Sequence record: SRR2962707_3662 | Direction: 5' to 3' (one strand) | Length of the DNA: 53,427 bases | Shown here: one piece after another, positions 45,181 through 53,427 of the stretch | How the letters are laid out: each line of letters begins with the position of its first letter | Numbering within the stretch: the stretch's first letter is position 1 | The notes under the pieces: generated by a model | The model's input: the letters and a program-made list of their open reading frames with translations, nothing else | What the model was told of the DNA's origin: nothing | Database searches by the model: none | Position numbers and translations under genes: made by a program

Positions 45181-47871
45181 GTGTTCGAACACGTCGCCAC
45201 GCGCTCGGTTGTCAGCACCCTCAGCACCTTCACTTTCACGGACGTGCCGCTGGGTGACGCGGCCAGCGACCGCTATATTTTCATCGCGGCGCGAGGGTGG
45301 CGTGGCAACGGAACTCTCGCTGTCACGGGCATAACGGTCGCCGGGGCGGCAACAGCCGAAGTCGTCGCCGCCAACTTCAGCGTTGCCTGCGTAGCGATTC
45401 GGCGAACAAGCAGTGCGCTGACGACCGGCACAACCGGCACGATCACCGTTACGCTATCCAACACGTCAGCCGGTTGTCATATCGACGTATACCGCGCAGT
45501 GGCGCTGGTCTCGACCACGCCAACCGACACCGCCAATCCGACGACGAATTCGGCAAACACCGTCACGGGCAATATCGACGTTTCCGACAATGGTGGTGTT
45601 CTCGCCGCGGCCCTCGGTATCCGGGCGACGGGCAATCAGTTCTATGGCTCCGGCGCGCATGACTTCCTGACTTCTGCCGAAGCCGGACGTCCGGTGACGC
45701 CCACGCATGGCGGCAGCGGGATCGGCTGGAGCGGCGCAGTCAAGGACAGCCAGGAGGATATCTCGTCCGGTACGACCGGCGCGAACTGGATGCTGCTGGC
45801 GGCGGCGAGCTTCGCGTTCGTCGCCGGAACGACCGCCGCCCTTTCCGGTGTTGCCGCCGCGCCTTCGGCTGCGGCGCTCTCGGCCGCTGGCGGTGCCTCG
45901 GCCCCGGTTACCGGTGTTGCGGCGTCGCCCGCTGTTGCCGCCCTGTCGGCAACCGGCGGCGCGTCTGCGGCTTTGCCGTCCGTCGAGACGTCTCCGGCCC
46001 CCGGCACGTTCGAGGTCACAGGCGGGTCAATTCTGACGCTCCCCGGCGTGACAGCCTCGCCCGCCGCGGCCGAGATGATCGCGCAGCAAGGCGCAGAGAC
46101 GGTTCTGGCCGGTGTCGCGGCGCTGGCCGATGCCGGGGCGTTTGAAGCCCAGGGCGGCGCCATAGCCGCGCTGGAAAGCGTGACCGCCTCGCCCGAGGCC
46201 GCCGCGCTGCAGACGCTGGGGCTGTTCGCGCTCGATTTCATCACGTCACCGGACGCGGCGGCACAGTACCTGATCGAGATCACGGCTTTCCGAACCGACG
46301 GCACGTCGGGCGGGTTGGCGGCGATCGCGGAAATCGCCATTGCGAGCCTGCCGCCGGGGTCGGCGACGACGGGCGGCGAGGTGCAACTGCGTTTCGCGGA
46401 CATAGACTGGCAGGGCGATCCGGACGACGCGCATCACCCGAACCTCTGGTATGACGGCCGCGTGGCGATGGCGCTGCGCTGCGACCGCACGGCGCCGCTA
46501 TACCCGGAGGAGGCACGTCGCGCGACACGGCAATTCGGGGCGCTTGAACTCATCAACGCCGACGGCAGGCTTGACGAAATCGTCCGGCACTATTCCGTCG
46601 GCGGGCGCCCAGTACGCGTAATGCTCGGCCCTTATCTCGCCAACTATGCTGATTTCGCCCCGGTCGCCGTCATGGCGGCTATCGAATGGCAGCCCGGTGA
46701 AGATTCCGTCCGGCTCAACCTGCGCGAGGTTGCGACCGAGCTGGACCGGCCGTTGCAGCAGGTTCTTTATCTCGGCACGGGAGGCGTGGAGGGTACCGCC
46801 GATGTCGGAGGAAAGCCGAAACCGATTGCTGGCGGCTTCAATGAAAACGTAACGCCGACGCAGATTTCAGCGCTGCATCTGATTTACCAGGCGAACGATG
46901 GTCCAACCGGCGGCATTCCCGCCGTGTATGACCGCGCCGGTGTGCTTAATCTTGACACGGACGCTGGCGACGGCGGGGATCTTGAGGACTACGACGCTCT
47001 CGAAGCGGTAAGTGTTGCCACGTCCAAATATGCAACATGCCTCGCCCTTGGTCTGTTCAAGCTGGGGTCATCGCCCGCCGGGCTTGTGACCTGCGATGTT
47101 CAGGGCGACGCAACAGGCGGCTACACCGACGAAATCGGCGAGCTGGCCCGGCGCATCATCACAACCCGCGCCGGCATAGCCGAAGCATCGGTGGAGATCG
47201 CCGGTTTCGATGAGCTCACCACACTCGGCGGCCCGGTCGGGTATTACATTTCATCGAATGAAAGCCCGACCGGCGCGGACGTGCTGAACCGACTCGTCGC
47301 TTCTGCGGGCGGTTGGTGGGGTCCGTCGCGGCTTGGCCGCATCCGGGCGGGGCGGCTCAAGGATCCCGCGGCACAGACGCCTGACTACAGACTGGACAGT
47401 TATGACATCCTGACAATTAGCGAAGAGCCGACACCGCGGCTGCGCTGGCGGCACAGGGCTTCCTACCGACGCAACTGGACCGTGCAGCGCGGCGAAGACC
47501 TCAACGTGACAGTAAGCGAGGAGCGGCGTCAGTTTCTCGCCGAAGCGGCGCTGGTCGCCGCTCCGCTCGACGCGCAGAACGGCGCTCTGCTGTCGCGATA
47601 TCTGAACGCGGTCGACACGCCAGTGCTCGAAACTTTGCTGAACGAGAAAGAAGATGCAGACGCGCTCGCAATCAAGATGCAGGAGCTGTTCGGCGTGCCG
47701 CGCCAGATTTTGAGGCTCACGGTCAACCGGCTCGGCTATCTCTTCGACTTCGGCACCATCCTCCATCTGACCTATCCGCGGTTCGGGCTCGCAAACGGCA
47801 AGCGTTTTGCCGTCATCGGCATCGGCGAGGAATCGACCGCCGGGGAAATTCAACTAAGGGTGTGGGGATGA
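45181..47871 (+). CDS. Tail tip/hub protein with N-terminal beta-sandwich and Ala-rich repeats
   Basis: YLGTGG.EG....GKPKP..G...NV.P; CLALGLFKLG; late-operon position. Confidence 0.75.
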   Translation: MFEHVATRSVVSTLSTFTFTDVPLGDAASDRYIFIAARGWRGNGTLAVTGITVAGAATAEVVAANFSVACVAIRRTSSALTTGTTGTITVTLSNTSAGCHIDVYRAVALVSTTPTDTANPTTNSANTVTGNIDVSDNGGVLAAALGIRATGNQFYGSGAHDFLTSAEAGRPVTPTHGGSGIGWSGAVKDSQEDISSGTTGANWMLLAAASFAFVAGTTAALSGVAAAPSAAALSAAGGASAPVTGVAASPAVAALSATGGASAALPSVETSPAPGTFEVTGGSILTLPGVTASPAAAEMIAQQGAETVLAGVAALADAGAFEAQGGAIAALESVTASPEAAALQTLGLFALDFITSPDAAAQYLIEITAFRTDGTSGGLAAIAEIAIASLPPGSATTGGEVQLRFADIDWQGDPDDAHHPNLWYDGRVAMALRCDRTAPLYPEEARRATRQFGALELINADGRLDEIVRHYSVGGRPVRVMLGPYLANYADFAPVAVMAAIEWQPGEDSVRLNLREVATELDRPLQQVLYLGTGGVEGTADVGGKPKPIAGGFNENVTPTQISALHLIYQANDGPTGGIPAVYDRAGVLNLDTDAGDGGDLEDYDALEAVSVATSKYATCLALGLFKLGSSPAGLVTCDVQGDATGGYTDEIGELARRIITTRAGIAEASVEIAGFDELTTLGGPVGYYISSNESPTGADVLNRLVASAGGWWGPSRLGRIRAGRLKDPAAQTPDYRLDSYDILTISEEPTPRLRWRHRASYRRNWTVQRGEDLNVTVSEERRQFLAEAALVAAPLDAQNGALLSRYLNAVDTPVLETLLNEKEDADALAIKMQELFGVPRQILRLTVNRLGYLFDFGTILHLTYPRFGLANGKRFAVIGIGEESTAGEIQLRVWG

Positions 47872-48635
47872 AGCTGATCCTGTGCTGGCAGAACGCGGTC
47901 ACGGACGGCGCGACGCAGCTCGGTGCAACCTCGGACCTCGGCAACATGCCGGTGGCGCATCTTCGCGACGCCCGGATGGGGCGGCGCTGGCGCAGCGCGG
48001 GCACGGCGAGCGCCGAGGCCGTGTTCGGCAGCAGCAAGGATATCGATCTGCTTGCGCTCGCCTTCCCGCGCGACACAACCGCGCCGAGCGGGACGATCAG
48101 GCACTTCCTCGACGGTCCCGGCGGTACGCCGGGCGCGGGCGCGCTCTACGACAGCGGCCCGATCGATATTGGCGTCGTGCCGGGCTACGGCTATCACGTG
48201 CACCGGCTTCCGGCAGCGGTCATGGCGGGTTCCTGGGTGTGGACCTACACGCTCGCGCGGCCCTTCTGCGACACAGGCCTCGCCTGGGCCGGGAAGGCGT
48301 GGTCGCCAAGGATCAACATGCAATACGGCGCGGGCGATCAGTGGCGCGACCTTTCGCGCATTGCGTATTCGCGACGCTCTGGCGCCGAGTTTCCCGACAA
48401 GGGTCCGCGCCAGCGCGCCGTCAGTTTCTCGCTCGATTTCATGGATGAGGCGACGGCCGCGACGGTGGAAGAACTGCGGCGCATTGCCGGTGTGAGCGAA
48501 CAGGTGCTCGCGATCACCTATCCGGAGAACGCGGCGCGCAAGACGGTGATGGGCCGCATGGAAGAGGCAAACCCGGTGCTTCACACCGCGCACGATATCC
48601 GTTCCACGCCATTCGTCATTCGGGAGAGCCTTTAA
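47868..48635 (+). CDS. Minor tail (distal tail-like) protein
   Basis: PV.HL.D....RRWRS; N.QYG....W.D.S; coupled. Confidence 0.7.
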   Translation: MKLILCWQNAVTDGATQLGATSDLGNMPVAHLRDARMGRRWRSAGTASAEAVFGSSKDIDLLALAFPRDTTAPSGTIRHFLDGPGGTPGAGALYDSGPIDIGVVPGYGYHVHRLPAAVMAGSWVWTYTLARPFCDTGLAWAGKAWSPRINMQYGAGDQWRDLSRIAYSRRSGAEFPDKGPRQRAVSFSLDFMDEATAATVEELRRIAGVSEQVLAITYPENAARKTVMGRMEEANPVLHTAHDIRSTPFVIRESL

Positions 48636-50332
48636 TGAGCAGGCCGCGTTTCGGTAACCGTGTCAAGGAGACGAGCGCGACGACCTCGACCGGCCCATAT
48701 GTGCTCGACGGATCTGTCGGCACCTTCCGCCGCGTTCGCGATTATTTGCCCGATGGCGAGGCCTCGACGTTTATCGCCGTCGACGACCCGGTCGAGACGG
48801 TGCAATGGGAGATTTTCAAGGGTACGCTGACGATCGATGTGCAGGACGAGCTGAGCCGCGACAGTCTGCTCATGTCGTCGACCGGCGAGTGGATCGAATG
48901 GGCGTCCGGCGCAAAGACGATCGTCTGTGTCGCCGACGAGAATGTCTACAACTCCATTATCGATACGCTGGACAGCGATCTCGTTACGACCGGCGACGGC
49001 TCGTCCTATTCGATCGCGAGCTACCGGCCGGGCGCCGGGCTCTATGAGGGCCGCTTCGTCTGTGCCCGCCTCCATGCGGCCAGCGCGGACAATCCGACCC
49101 TCACGGTGGACGATACCGGCGCGCACCCGATCAAGCGCTGGGACGGCGCCGCGCCGTTAGAAAACGAACTGCCTGCCGGGGCGTATTATTGGTGGAAATA
49201 CAGCGCGACCGCCGAAGCGTGGATCATCTTCTCGCCGATAGACGCCTTCGCCAAGGCGGGCGGCGAAGTCACGGGGCCCCTGACGATGGTCGGGGCAGCC
49301 ATCAACACGGCGAAAGCAACAGAGGTAGCCTCGGCCACCACCATCGATCTCAACGCGGTGGACGGCAATTTCATTCCGGTCACCGGCGACAACGCCATCT
49401 CGGCCGTAACGCTGGCGGCCGGGCGCGAACGTGTCGTTTTGTTCACGGGCGCGCCGCTCCTCGTCGACGGCGCCAATCTCCTGCTCGGGGGGGCGAGTAT
49501 CCAGACCGCCGCAGGCGACGTTGCGGCCTTCACGGGCGACGGCGACGGCAAGACGCGGCTGACCGGGTTTCTGACAAACAGGCCTGCCATCGGGCAGGGC
49601 GGCGGCGGCCTGATCGGGCTGAAGGTTCTGGTGACCGGCAATGCCGCCGTCGATGTCGACGCCGACGCCGCGACGGTCTTCGCCGCCGACGGCCGCGCCT
49701 ACACGCTGCGTAGCGTAGACCTGTCGCTCAACCTCGCATCGACAGGTGCGAACGGCCGCGACGGCGGGTCCGAGGCGGCGAACACCTGGTATCACGTCTT
49801 CATCATCTACAACCCCGCAACGAACGCCGTGGCGGGGTTGCTGTCGGCGAGTGCGACGGCACCCACGCTTCCCAGCGGCTATACGGCATGGCGCCTTGTT
49901 GGCGCGGTGCGGAACAACGGCAGCTCGAACCTCTTCAGGACGCTGAAGCGTGGCAATCGCACTGTCTATCTTCTCGGCACGAACCCCACCGTTCACCGGA
50001 GCATGGCGGCCGGTGCCGCAGGCAGCTTTTCGCCGCTTACATGGGCGGCGGTCGCGACCGGCGACTTCGTCCCGCCGACGGCGACGGAGATCGATGTTCA
50101 TGCCGTGCTGGCCGGTTCAAATCAGGCGGTCATCGTCGCCCCCAACAACAGCTATGGCGGCACCGTTTCGGCGGATGCACCGCCGCCGCTGGTGCTGAGC
50201 AGCGCGGCCAGCGGCAACGGGTACTCGGCGCGCGGGACCTTCCTGCTCGAAAGCACGGATATCTACTGGGTGAGTTCGACCGGCAACGGGAACCTGATGT
50301 GTCTCGGCTGGACGGACCAGGCTTGCGGATAA
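48635..50332 (+). CDS. Tail fibre / receptor-binding protein
   Basis: NRVKETSATTSTG N-terminus; ANTWYHVFII..ATAPTLPSGY..RLVG. Confidence 0.8.
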   Translation: MSRPRFGNRVKETSATTSTGPYVLDGSVGTFRRVRDYLPDGEASTFIAVDDPVETVQWEIFKGTLTIDVQDELSRDSLLMSSTGEWIEWASGAKTIVCVADENVYNSIIDTLDSDLVTTGDGSSYSIASYRPGAGLYEGRFVCARLHAASADNPTLTVDDTGAHPIKRWDGAAPLENELPAGAYYWWKYSATAEAWIIFSPIDAFAKAGGEVTGPLTMVGAAINTAKATEVASATTIDLNAVDGNFIPVTGDNAISAVTLAAGRERVVLFTGAPLLVDGANLLLGGASIQTAAGDVAAFTGDGDGKTRLTGFLTNRPAIGQGGGGLIGLKVLVTGNAAVDVDADAATVFAADGRAYTLRSVDLSLNLASTGANGRDGGSEAANTWYHVFIIYNPATNAVAGLLSASATAPTLPSGYTAWRLVGAVRNNGSSNLFRTLKRGNRTVYLLGTNPTVHRSMAAGAAGSFSPLTWAAVATGDFVPPTATEIDVHAVLAGSNQAVIVAPNNSYGGTVSADAPPPLVLSSAASGNGYSARGTFLLESTDIYWVSSTGNGNLMCLGWTDQACG

Positions 50333-50357
50333 GGCTTGCGGATAAGGGGGAAGATCG

Positions 50358-50693
50358 ATGGCGGAATCTCAGGATCGCATTCTCGGGCAGCTCGAGGGCA
50401 CGCTCAATGCGCTGACGAAGAGCGTCGAGACGCAGCGCGCGGAATCGGCGCAGTCGCGCGCGGGAATGTACCGGAAGCTCGATGCCATCCAGCGGGCGCT
50501 CGACGACCTGTCCGCGCGCGTCACGAGGACGGAAGAACGACAGGAAAAGACCGACGCGACGACGGTCTTTGTCGAAACCATCAAGCAGCGCGCCATCGGT
50601 ATCGCCTTCGCGGTGTCGTTCGCCTTCACCATGTTGGGCGCGGGCTTCGTGCTCGGCGTGCAGCGCCTTCTCAAATACATGGCGGCCCCCTGA
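50358..50693 (+). CDS. Coiled-coil protein with C-terminal TM helix (holin-associated)
   Basis: ILGQLEG..coiled coil, then a hydrophobic tail; precedes the lysis genes. Confidence 0.7.
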   Translation: MAESQDRILGQLEGTLNALTKSVETQRAESAQSRAGMYRKLDAIQRALDDLSARVTRTEERQEKTDATTVFVETIKQRAIGIAFAVSFAFTMLGAGFVLGVQRLLKYMAAP

Positions 50694-50694
50694 G

Positions 50695-50913
50695 ATGCGC
50701 CTCACGCATGACGCGGTGGACCGCTGGCGCGTGATCCCGCGCGTACTGGTGACGCTTTACGGCGTGCAGTGCTGGCGCGTGGGCGAATGGTTCATGGCGC
50801 TCGACAAGCCGACGCTCGAACAGGCCGGGTTCGTATCCGTGCTCTGGGGAGGTGCGGCGGTGTGGTTCAACTTCTATGTGAACTCGGGACCGAAGGGGAA
50901 GGCAGAGGAATGA
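50695..50913 (+). CDS. Putative holin
   Basis: DRWRVIPR..WFMAL..P..EQAGFVS; two TM segments. Confidence 0.65.
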   Translation: MRLTHDAVDRWRVIPRVLVTLYGVQCWRVGEWFMALDKPTLEQAGFVSVLWGGAAVWFNFYVNSGPKGKAEE

Positions 50914-51371
50914 AGCTCTCACGGCATTTCACGCTGGCGGAGGCGATGGCGTCGAACACGGCGCGCGCTCACGGCATCGACAACACGCCGCCGGGCGAGA
51001 TCGTGCCCCGGCTGCGGTTCGTCGCGGAGACGGTGCTCGAAAGCATCCGCGCGCATTACGGCGTGCCCATCATCTATGACGGCGGCCTGAGCTGGTATCG
51101 CTGCCCGGCGCTCAATCGGGCGGTGGACGGGGCGGAAGACTCGCAGCACATGACCGGCGAGGCCGTCGATGTGGAAGTGCGCGGCGTCTCGAATATCGAG
51201 CTGGCTTACTTCGTGCGCGATCATCTCGATTTCGACCAGCTGATCCTCGAGAACTGGGATGGCGTCACCCCGTCGAGCGGCTGGGTTCATGTCTCGGCGA
51301 CGCTGACGGGGAAGCATCGCCGCGACGTGCTGACCTATAGCAAGGGCGGATATGTGAAGGGGCTGCCGTGA
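50910..51371 (+). CDS. Endolysin, peptidase M15A family
   Basis: LSRHFTLAE, SWYRCPALN.AV.G...SQH..GEAVD, WVHVS. Confidence 0.92.
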   Translation: MKLSRHFTLAEAMASNTARAHGIDNTPPGEIVPRLRFVAETVLESIRAHYGVPIIYDGGLSWYRCPALNRAVDGAEDSQHMTGEAVDVEVRGVSNIELAYFVRDHLDFDQLILENWDGVTPSSGWVHVSATLTGKHRRDVLTYSKGGYVKGLP

Positions 51372-51940
51372 TGTTCGGAATTTCGCTCGCAGGGCTGTTT
51401 TCCGGGGCGCTGAAGGCGCTTCTCGATCCGCGCGTCATCTGCGCCGCCATTGCCGCCGTGGCGCTGTGGGGCGTCGACACACGCGCCTACGGACGCGGCG
51501 CGGCGGAGGTCCGGGCGGAGTGGCGCGCCTCGGAACTGGCCTCGGCGGAGGCGGCGCGCCTGCAGGAGGCGGGCGACGATGCGCGCGCCGGCGAAGTGAG
51601 CGCGGAAGTGTCGGCGACGCTGGCCGGTTTCCGCGCGGATACGGAACGGCTTCTAGGGGAGATCAGAACGCATGTCTCGAACGAAACTGACGATCGCTTT
51701 CCTGTGCCTTGCGGCCTTGTCCGCCTGCACGACGCCGCCGCCCTCGGGCTCGGCCCCGGCGAGGTTGCCGCGTGCGCCGGACAGCCTGATGACGCCGTCG
51801 CCGAAATTAGAGCCTCTCGTTTCGCCGCCGTCGTCGCAGCCAACTACGGACGCTGCCTCGGCGAGGCCGAGCGCGTGAGGCAATGGCAGCGCTGGTACGA
51901 GGATCTGAGGAAGAGCCGGGACGGCGAGCCGCCGCCGTGA
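51368..51940 (+). CDS. Inner-membrane spanin (Rz-like)
   Basis: N-terminal TM, coiled coil, GLVRLHDAA; follows the endolysin. Confidence 0.75.
   Translation: MMFGISLAGLFSGALKALLDPRVICAAIAAVALWGVDTRAYGRGAAEVRAEWRASELASAEAARLQEAGDDARAGEVSAEVSATLAGFRADTERLLGEIRTHVSNETDDRFPVPCGLVRLHDAAALGLGPGEVAACAGQPDDAVAEIRASRFAAVVAANYGRCLGEAERVRQWQRWYEDLRKSRDGEPPP
51672..51878 (+). CDS. Embedded outer-membrane lipoprotein spanin (Rz1-like)
   Basis: Lipobox LSAC and a Pro-rich tail; nested in the +1 frame of Rz. Confidence 0.7.
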   Translation: MSRTKLTIAFLCLAALSACTTPPPSGSAPARLPRAPDSLMTPSPKLEPLVSPPSSQPTTDAASARPSA

Positions 51941-51996
51941 GCGCCTGAGCCCATCCGCTGGCAGACCGGCTGTCTGCCGTTCCTCCCTGTAAACTG

Positions 51997-52029
51997 CCCC
52001 TCTCGCTTCGTGCGGGAGGGGCTTTTTTT
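51997..52029 (+). terminator. Late operon terminator
   Basis: GCCCCTCTCGC-TTCGT-GCGGGAGGGGC followed by TTTTTTT. Confidence 0.85.
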
Positions 52030-52063
52030 GTGCGTCGAATCTCAATCGTGATAGGATGCTGGC

Positions 52064-52183
52064 GCTGCATGTGGCGGAACCGATAGACGCTGAAAGCCGT
52101 AAGGCGAAGTTGGGGACGCGGCGCTGACGAGCCGCAATGTCCGATGTCCGGCGTATTCCGGGTTTGAATCCCGGCTCGCAGCA
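52064..52183 (+). ncRNA. tRNA-like RNA (acceptor, D and T arms; anticodon arm replaced by hairpins)
   Basis: GTGGCGGAA..TAGACGC D-arm, CCGGG-TTTGAAT-CCCGG T-arm, GCTGC/GCAGC acceptor; own promoter and terminator. Confidence 0.65.
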
Positions 52184-52186
52184 GAT

Positions 52187-52213
52187 AGCCCCGCCCTCAC
52201 CGGCGGGGCTTTT
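52187..52213 (+). terminator. Terminator after the tRNA-like RNA
   Basis: AGCCCCGCC-CTCACC-GGCGGGGCT followed by TTT. Confidence 0.8.
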
Positions 52214-52244
52214 CGTTTGCGTCGAGCGCGGCTAGGCTGGCCGC

Positions 52245-52892
52245 ATGTGCGGACGGTTTACACAGTATTTCACCTGGGCCGAGCTTCACGCGCTCTACGA
52301 GCTGACGGGCGCGGCGCGGAACCTTGAGCCGCGCTACAACATCCCGCCGACCTCGACCGTCGACGTGCTGGTGCCGGAGGGCGAGGGCTTCGCGCTGCGG
52401 CCGATGCGCTGGGGCCTGATCCCCGCGCGGCACAAGGGCGACAAGCCGCCGGGCTTCACCTTCAACGCGCGGGCCGACCGCGTGGCGACCGCCTGGACGT
52501 GGAAAGGCCCCTTCGCGGAGCGGCGCTGCATCCTGCCGATGTCGGGCTTCTTCGAGTGGCGCCGGGAAGGGAAGGAGAAGACGCCCTTCCATATCACCAT
52601 GCGCGACGGCGGCGTGATGCCCGTTGCCGCGATATGGGAGCGCGGCCCGCTGAAGGGCGAGGAAGTCGACACGGTCGCGCTGATCACGACGGAAGCGAAC
52701 GGCACGATGCAGCCAATCCATGACCGCATGCCCGTCATCATCGACAATGACGATCAGGCCGCCTGGCTGAGCGGCCGTGCGGGCACGGAAATTCTCACGC
52801 CCGCCTATGACGACTGGATCGTCGCGACGGAAGTCAGCGGCTACGTGAACAAGGTTGCGAACAAGGGGCCGGAAGCGATCGAGCCGGTCTAG
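52245..52892 (+). CDS. SOS response-associated peptidase (SRAP/HMCES/YedK family)
   Basis: MCGRF N-terminus, RYNI.P, WGLIP, FNAR, GFFEW, IHDRMPVI. Confidence 0.95.
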   Translation: MCGRFTQYFTWAELHALYELTGAARNLEPRYNIPPTSTVDVLVPEGEGFALRPMRWGLIPARHKGDKPPGFTFNARADRVATAWTWKGPFAERRCILPMSGFFEWRREGKEKTPFHITMRDGGVMPVAAIWERGPLKGEEVDTVALITTEANGTMQPIHDRMPVIIDNDDQAAWLSGRAGTEILTPAYDDWIVATEVSGYVNKVANKGPEAIEPV

Positions 52893-53233
52893 GCATCGCC
52901 TGTGTTTTTCCCCTCATTTTCCGGCCCGGATTTTAACAAGGGCGGATCCGTGCGCAGCACGCGCTCGAGCGGGAAGGGCATCGGCCCGTGCGAGCCCATG
53001 CGCGAGGGGCAGGTGATCTGCGTTGAGCGCGCGTGGCAGCGGAGACAGCGGAAGCGGGTCAGCATCCAGCCGCGCGGGGCGCCGGCGCCCCAGCGGATGA
53101 CGAGCGGCACCAGCGGCACGGCGGCCGCGTTGCCGCAATCGGCCGTATTGCAAGAAAGCCAGACCCAGCGGGGCTCTGCGGCGGCGAGCTGGCCGATGGT
53201 TTCGATGCGGTTGTAGGTCGGGGCGCGCGGCAT
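52889..53233 (-). CDS. Small Zn-binding protein, probably LexA-regulated
   Basis: CNTADC...FRCLRC; LexA box upstream. Confidence 0.75.
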   Translation of the reverse strand: MPRAPTYNRIETIGQLAAAEPRWVWLSCNTADCGNAAAVPLVPLVIRWGAGAPRGWMLTRFRCLRCHARSTQITCPSRMGSHGPMPFPLERVLRTDPPLLKSGPENEGKNTGDA

Positions 53234-53261
53234 GGGCGCGAGGATAGCGGCGAATCTGTGC

Positions 53262-53276
53262 GAACGGGACAGGAAC
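53262..53276 (-). promoter_or_regulatory. Alphaproteobacterial LexA (SOS) box
   Basis: GAAC-GGGACAG-GAAC, i.e. GTTC-N7-GTTC on the minus strand, 28 bp upstream of the ATG. Confidence 0.7.
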
Positions 53277-53277
53277 C

Positions 53278-53310
53278 TCCGTGGCGCATCCGTGGCGCTT
53301 ACTGTGACGG
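53278..53310 (+). repeat. Putative integrase arm-type sites
   Basis: TCCGTGGCGC twice (53278-53287, 53289-53298) plus ACTGTGACGG, about 100 bp from the att core. Confidence 0.5.
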
Positions 53311-53365
53311 AACATGCCGGATTACGCCTGAATATGCCGTTTCGTTCCGGCGCAGCTTTTAACGC

Positions 53366-53392
53366 TTGCGGGAAAATCCAAGGATATATAAG
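53366..53392 (+). promoter_or_regulatory. Phage-supplied promoter for the reconstituted tRNA
   Basis: TTGCG... and TATAAG in an AT-rich patch just upstream of the tRNA 5' end; spacing is imperfect. Confidence 0.45.
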
Positions 53393-53404
53393 GGTTTCGG
53401 CAGT

Positions 53405-53427
53405 CGGAGCGTAGCGCAGCCCGGTAG
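53405..53427 (+). tRNA. tRNA-Pro 5' end (attR; runs off the window)
   Basis: CGGAGCGTAGCGCAGCCCGGTAG is a canonical tRNA-Pro start; the GGG anticodon is inferred from the left copy. Confidence 0.8.

Larger units (their letters stand above)
1..53427. mobile_element. Temperate lambda-like siphovirus prophage integrated in tRNA-Pro(GGG)
   Basis: Complete int-xis / immunity / replication / head / tail / lysis gene order. GCGCAGCCCGGTAG is repeated at both window ends (1-14 and 53414-53427). Confidence 0.95.

Noticed and set aside
52090-52155. Hammerhead-like pieces (CTGAAA-stem-GAAG; CTGACGA)
   Set aside because: Neither gives a complete CUGANGA-stem II-GAAA core with a cleavage triplet.
1-53427. 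CRISPR array, retron or diversity-generating retroelement
   Set aside because: No spaced repeat array, no reverse transcriptase ORF and no TR/VR pair seen.

Overview
The whole window is one apparently intact ~53.4 kb temperate, lambda-like siphophage prophage of a high-GC host. The host is probably an alphaproteobacterium, inferred from a GAAC-N7-GAAC LexA box and an alpha-type FtsZ-tail motif. The prophage is bounded by a direct repeat from the 5' half of a tRNA-Pro(GGG). Gene order: (1) integrase/excisionase; (2) a leftward early operon (DnaN clamp, acyl carrier protein, PAPS-reductase-like enzyme within an IS1595 relic); (3) a cI/cro switch with GAAC-N5-GTTC operators; (4) a rightward early/replication operon (FtsK-gamma protein, VRR-NUC, C5 methyltransferase, SNF2-methyltransferase with a class-3 intein, DnaA-C protein, YdaU initiator, late activator); (5) lambda-type head genes; (6) a non-contractile tail with an Acb2/Tad1-like gene inserted; (7) lysis genes; (8) a right-end accessory block (tRNA-like ncRNA, SRAP, LexA-boxed Zn protein). 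The most unusual elements are an integrase-arm-domain/T5orf172 nuclease fusion coupled to int, a self-contained tRNA-mimic RNA lacking an anticodon arm, a host-type parS site beside an FtsK-gamma/FtsZ-tail-like protein, a phage ACP and an Acb2-like sponge cassette. Family assignments come from motif recognition by eye; no database searches were run.
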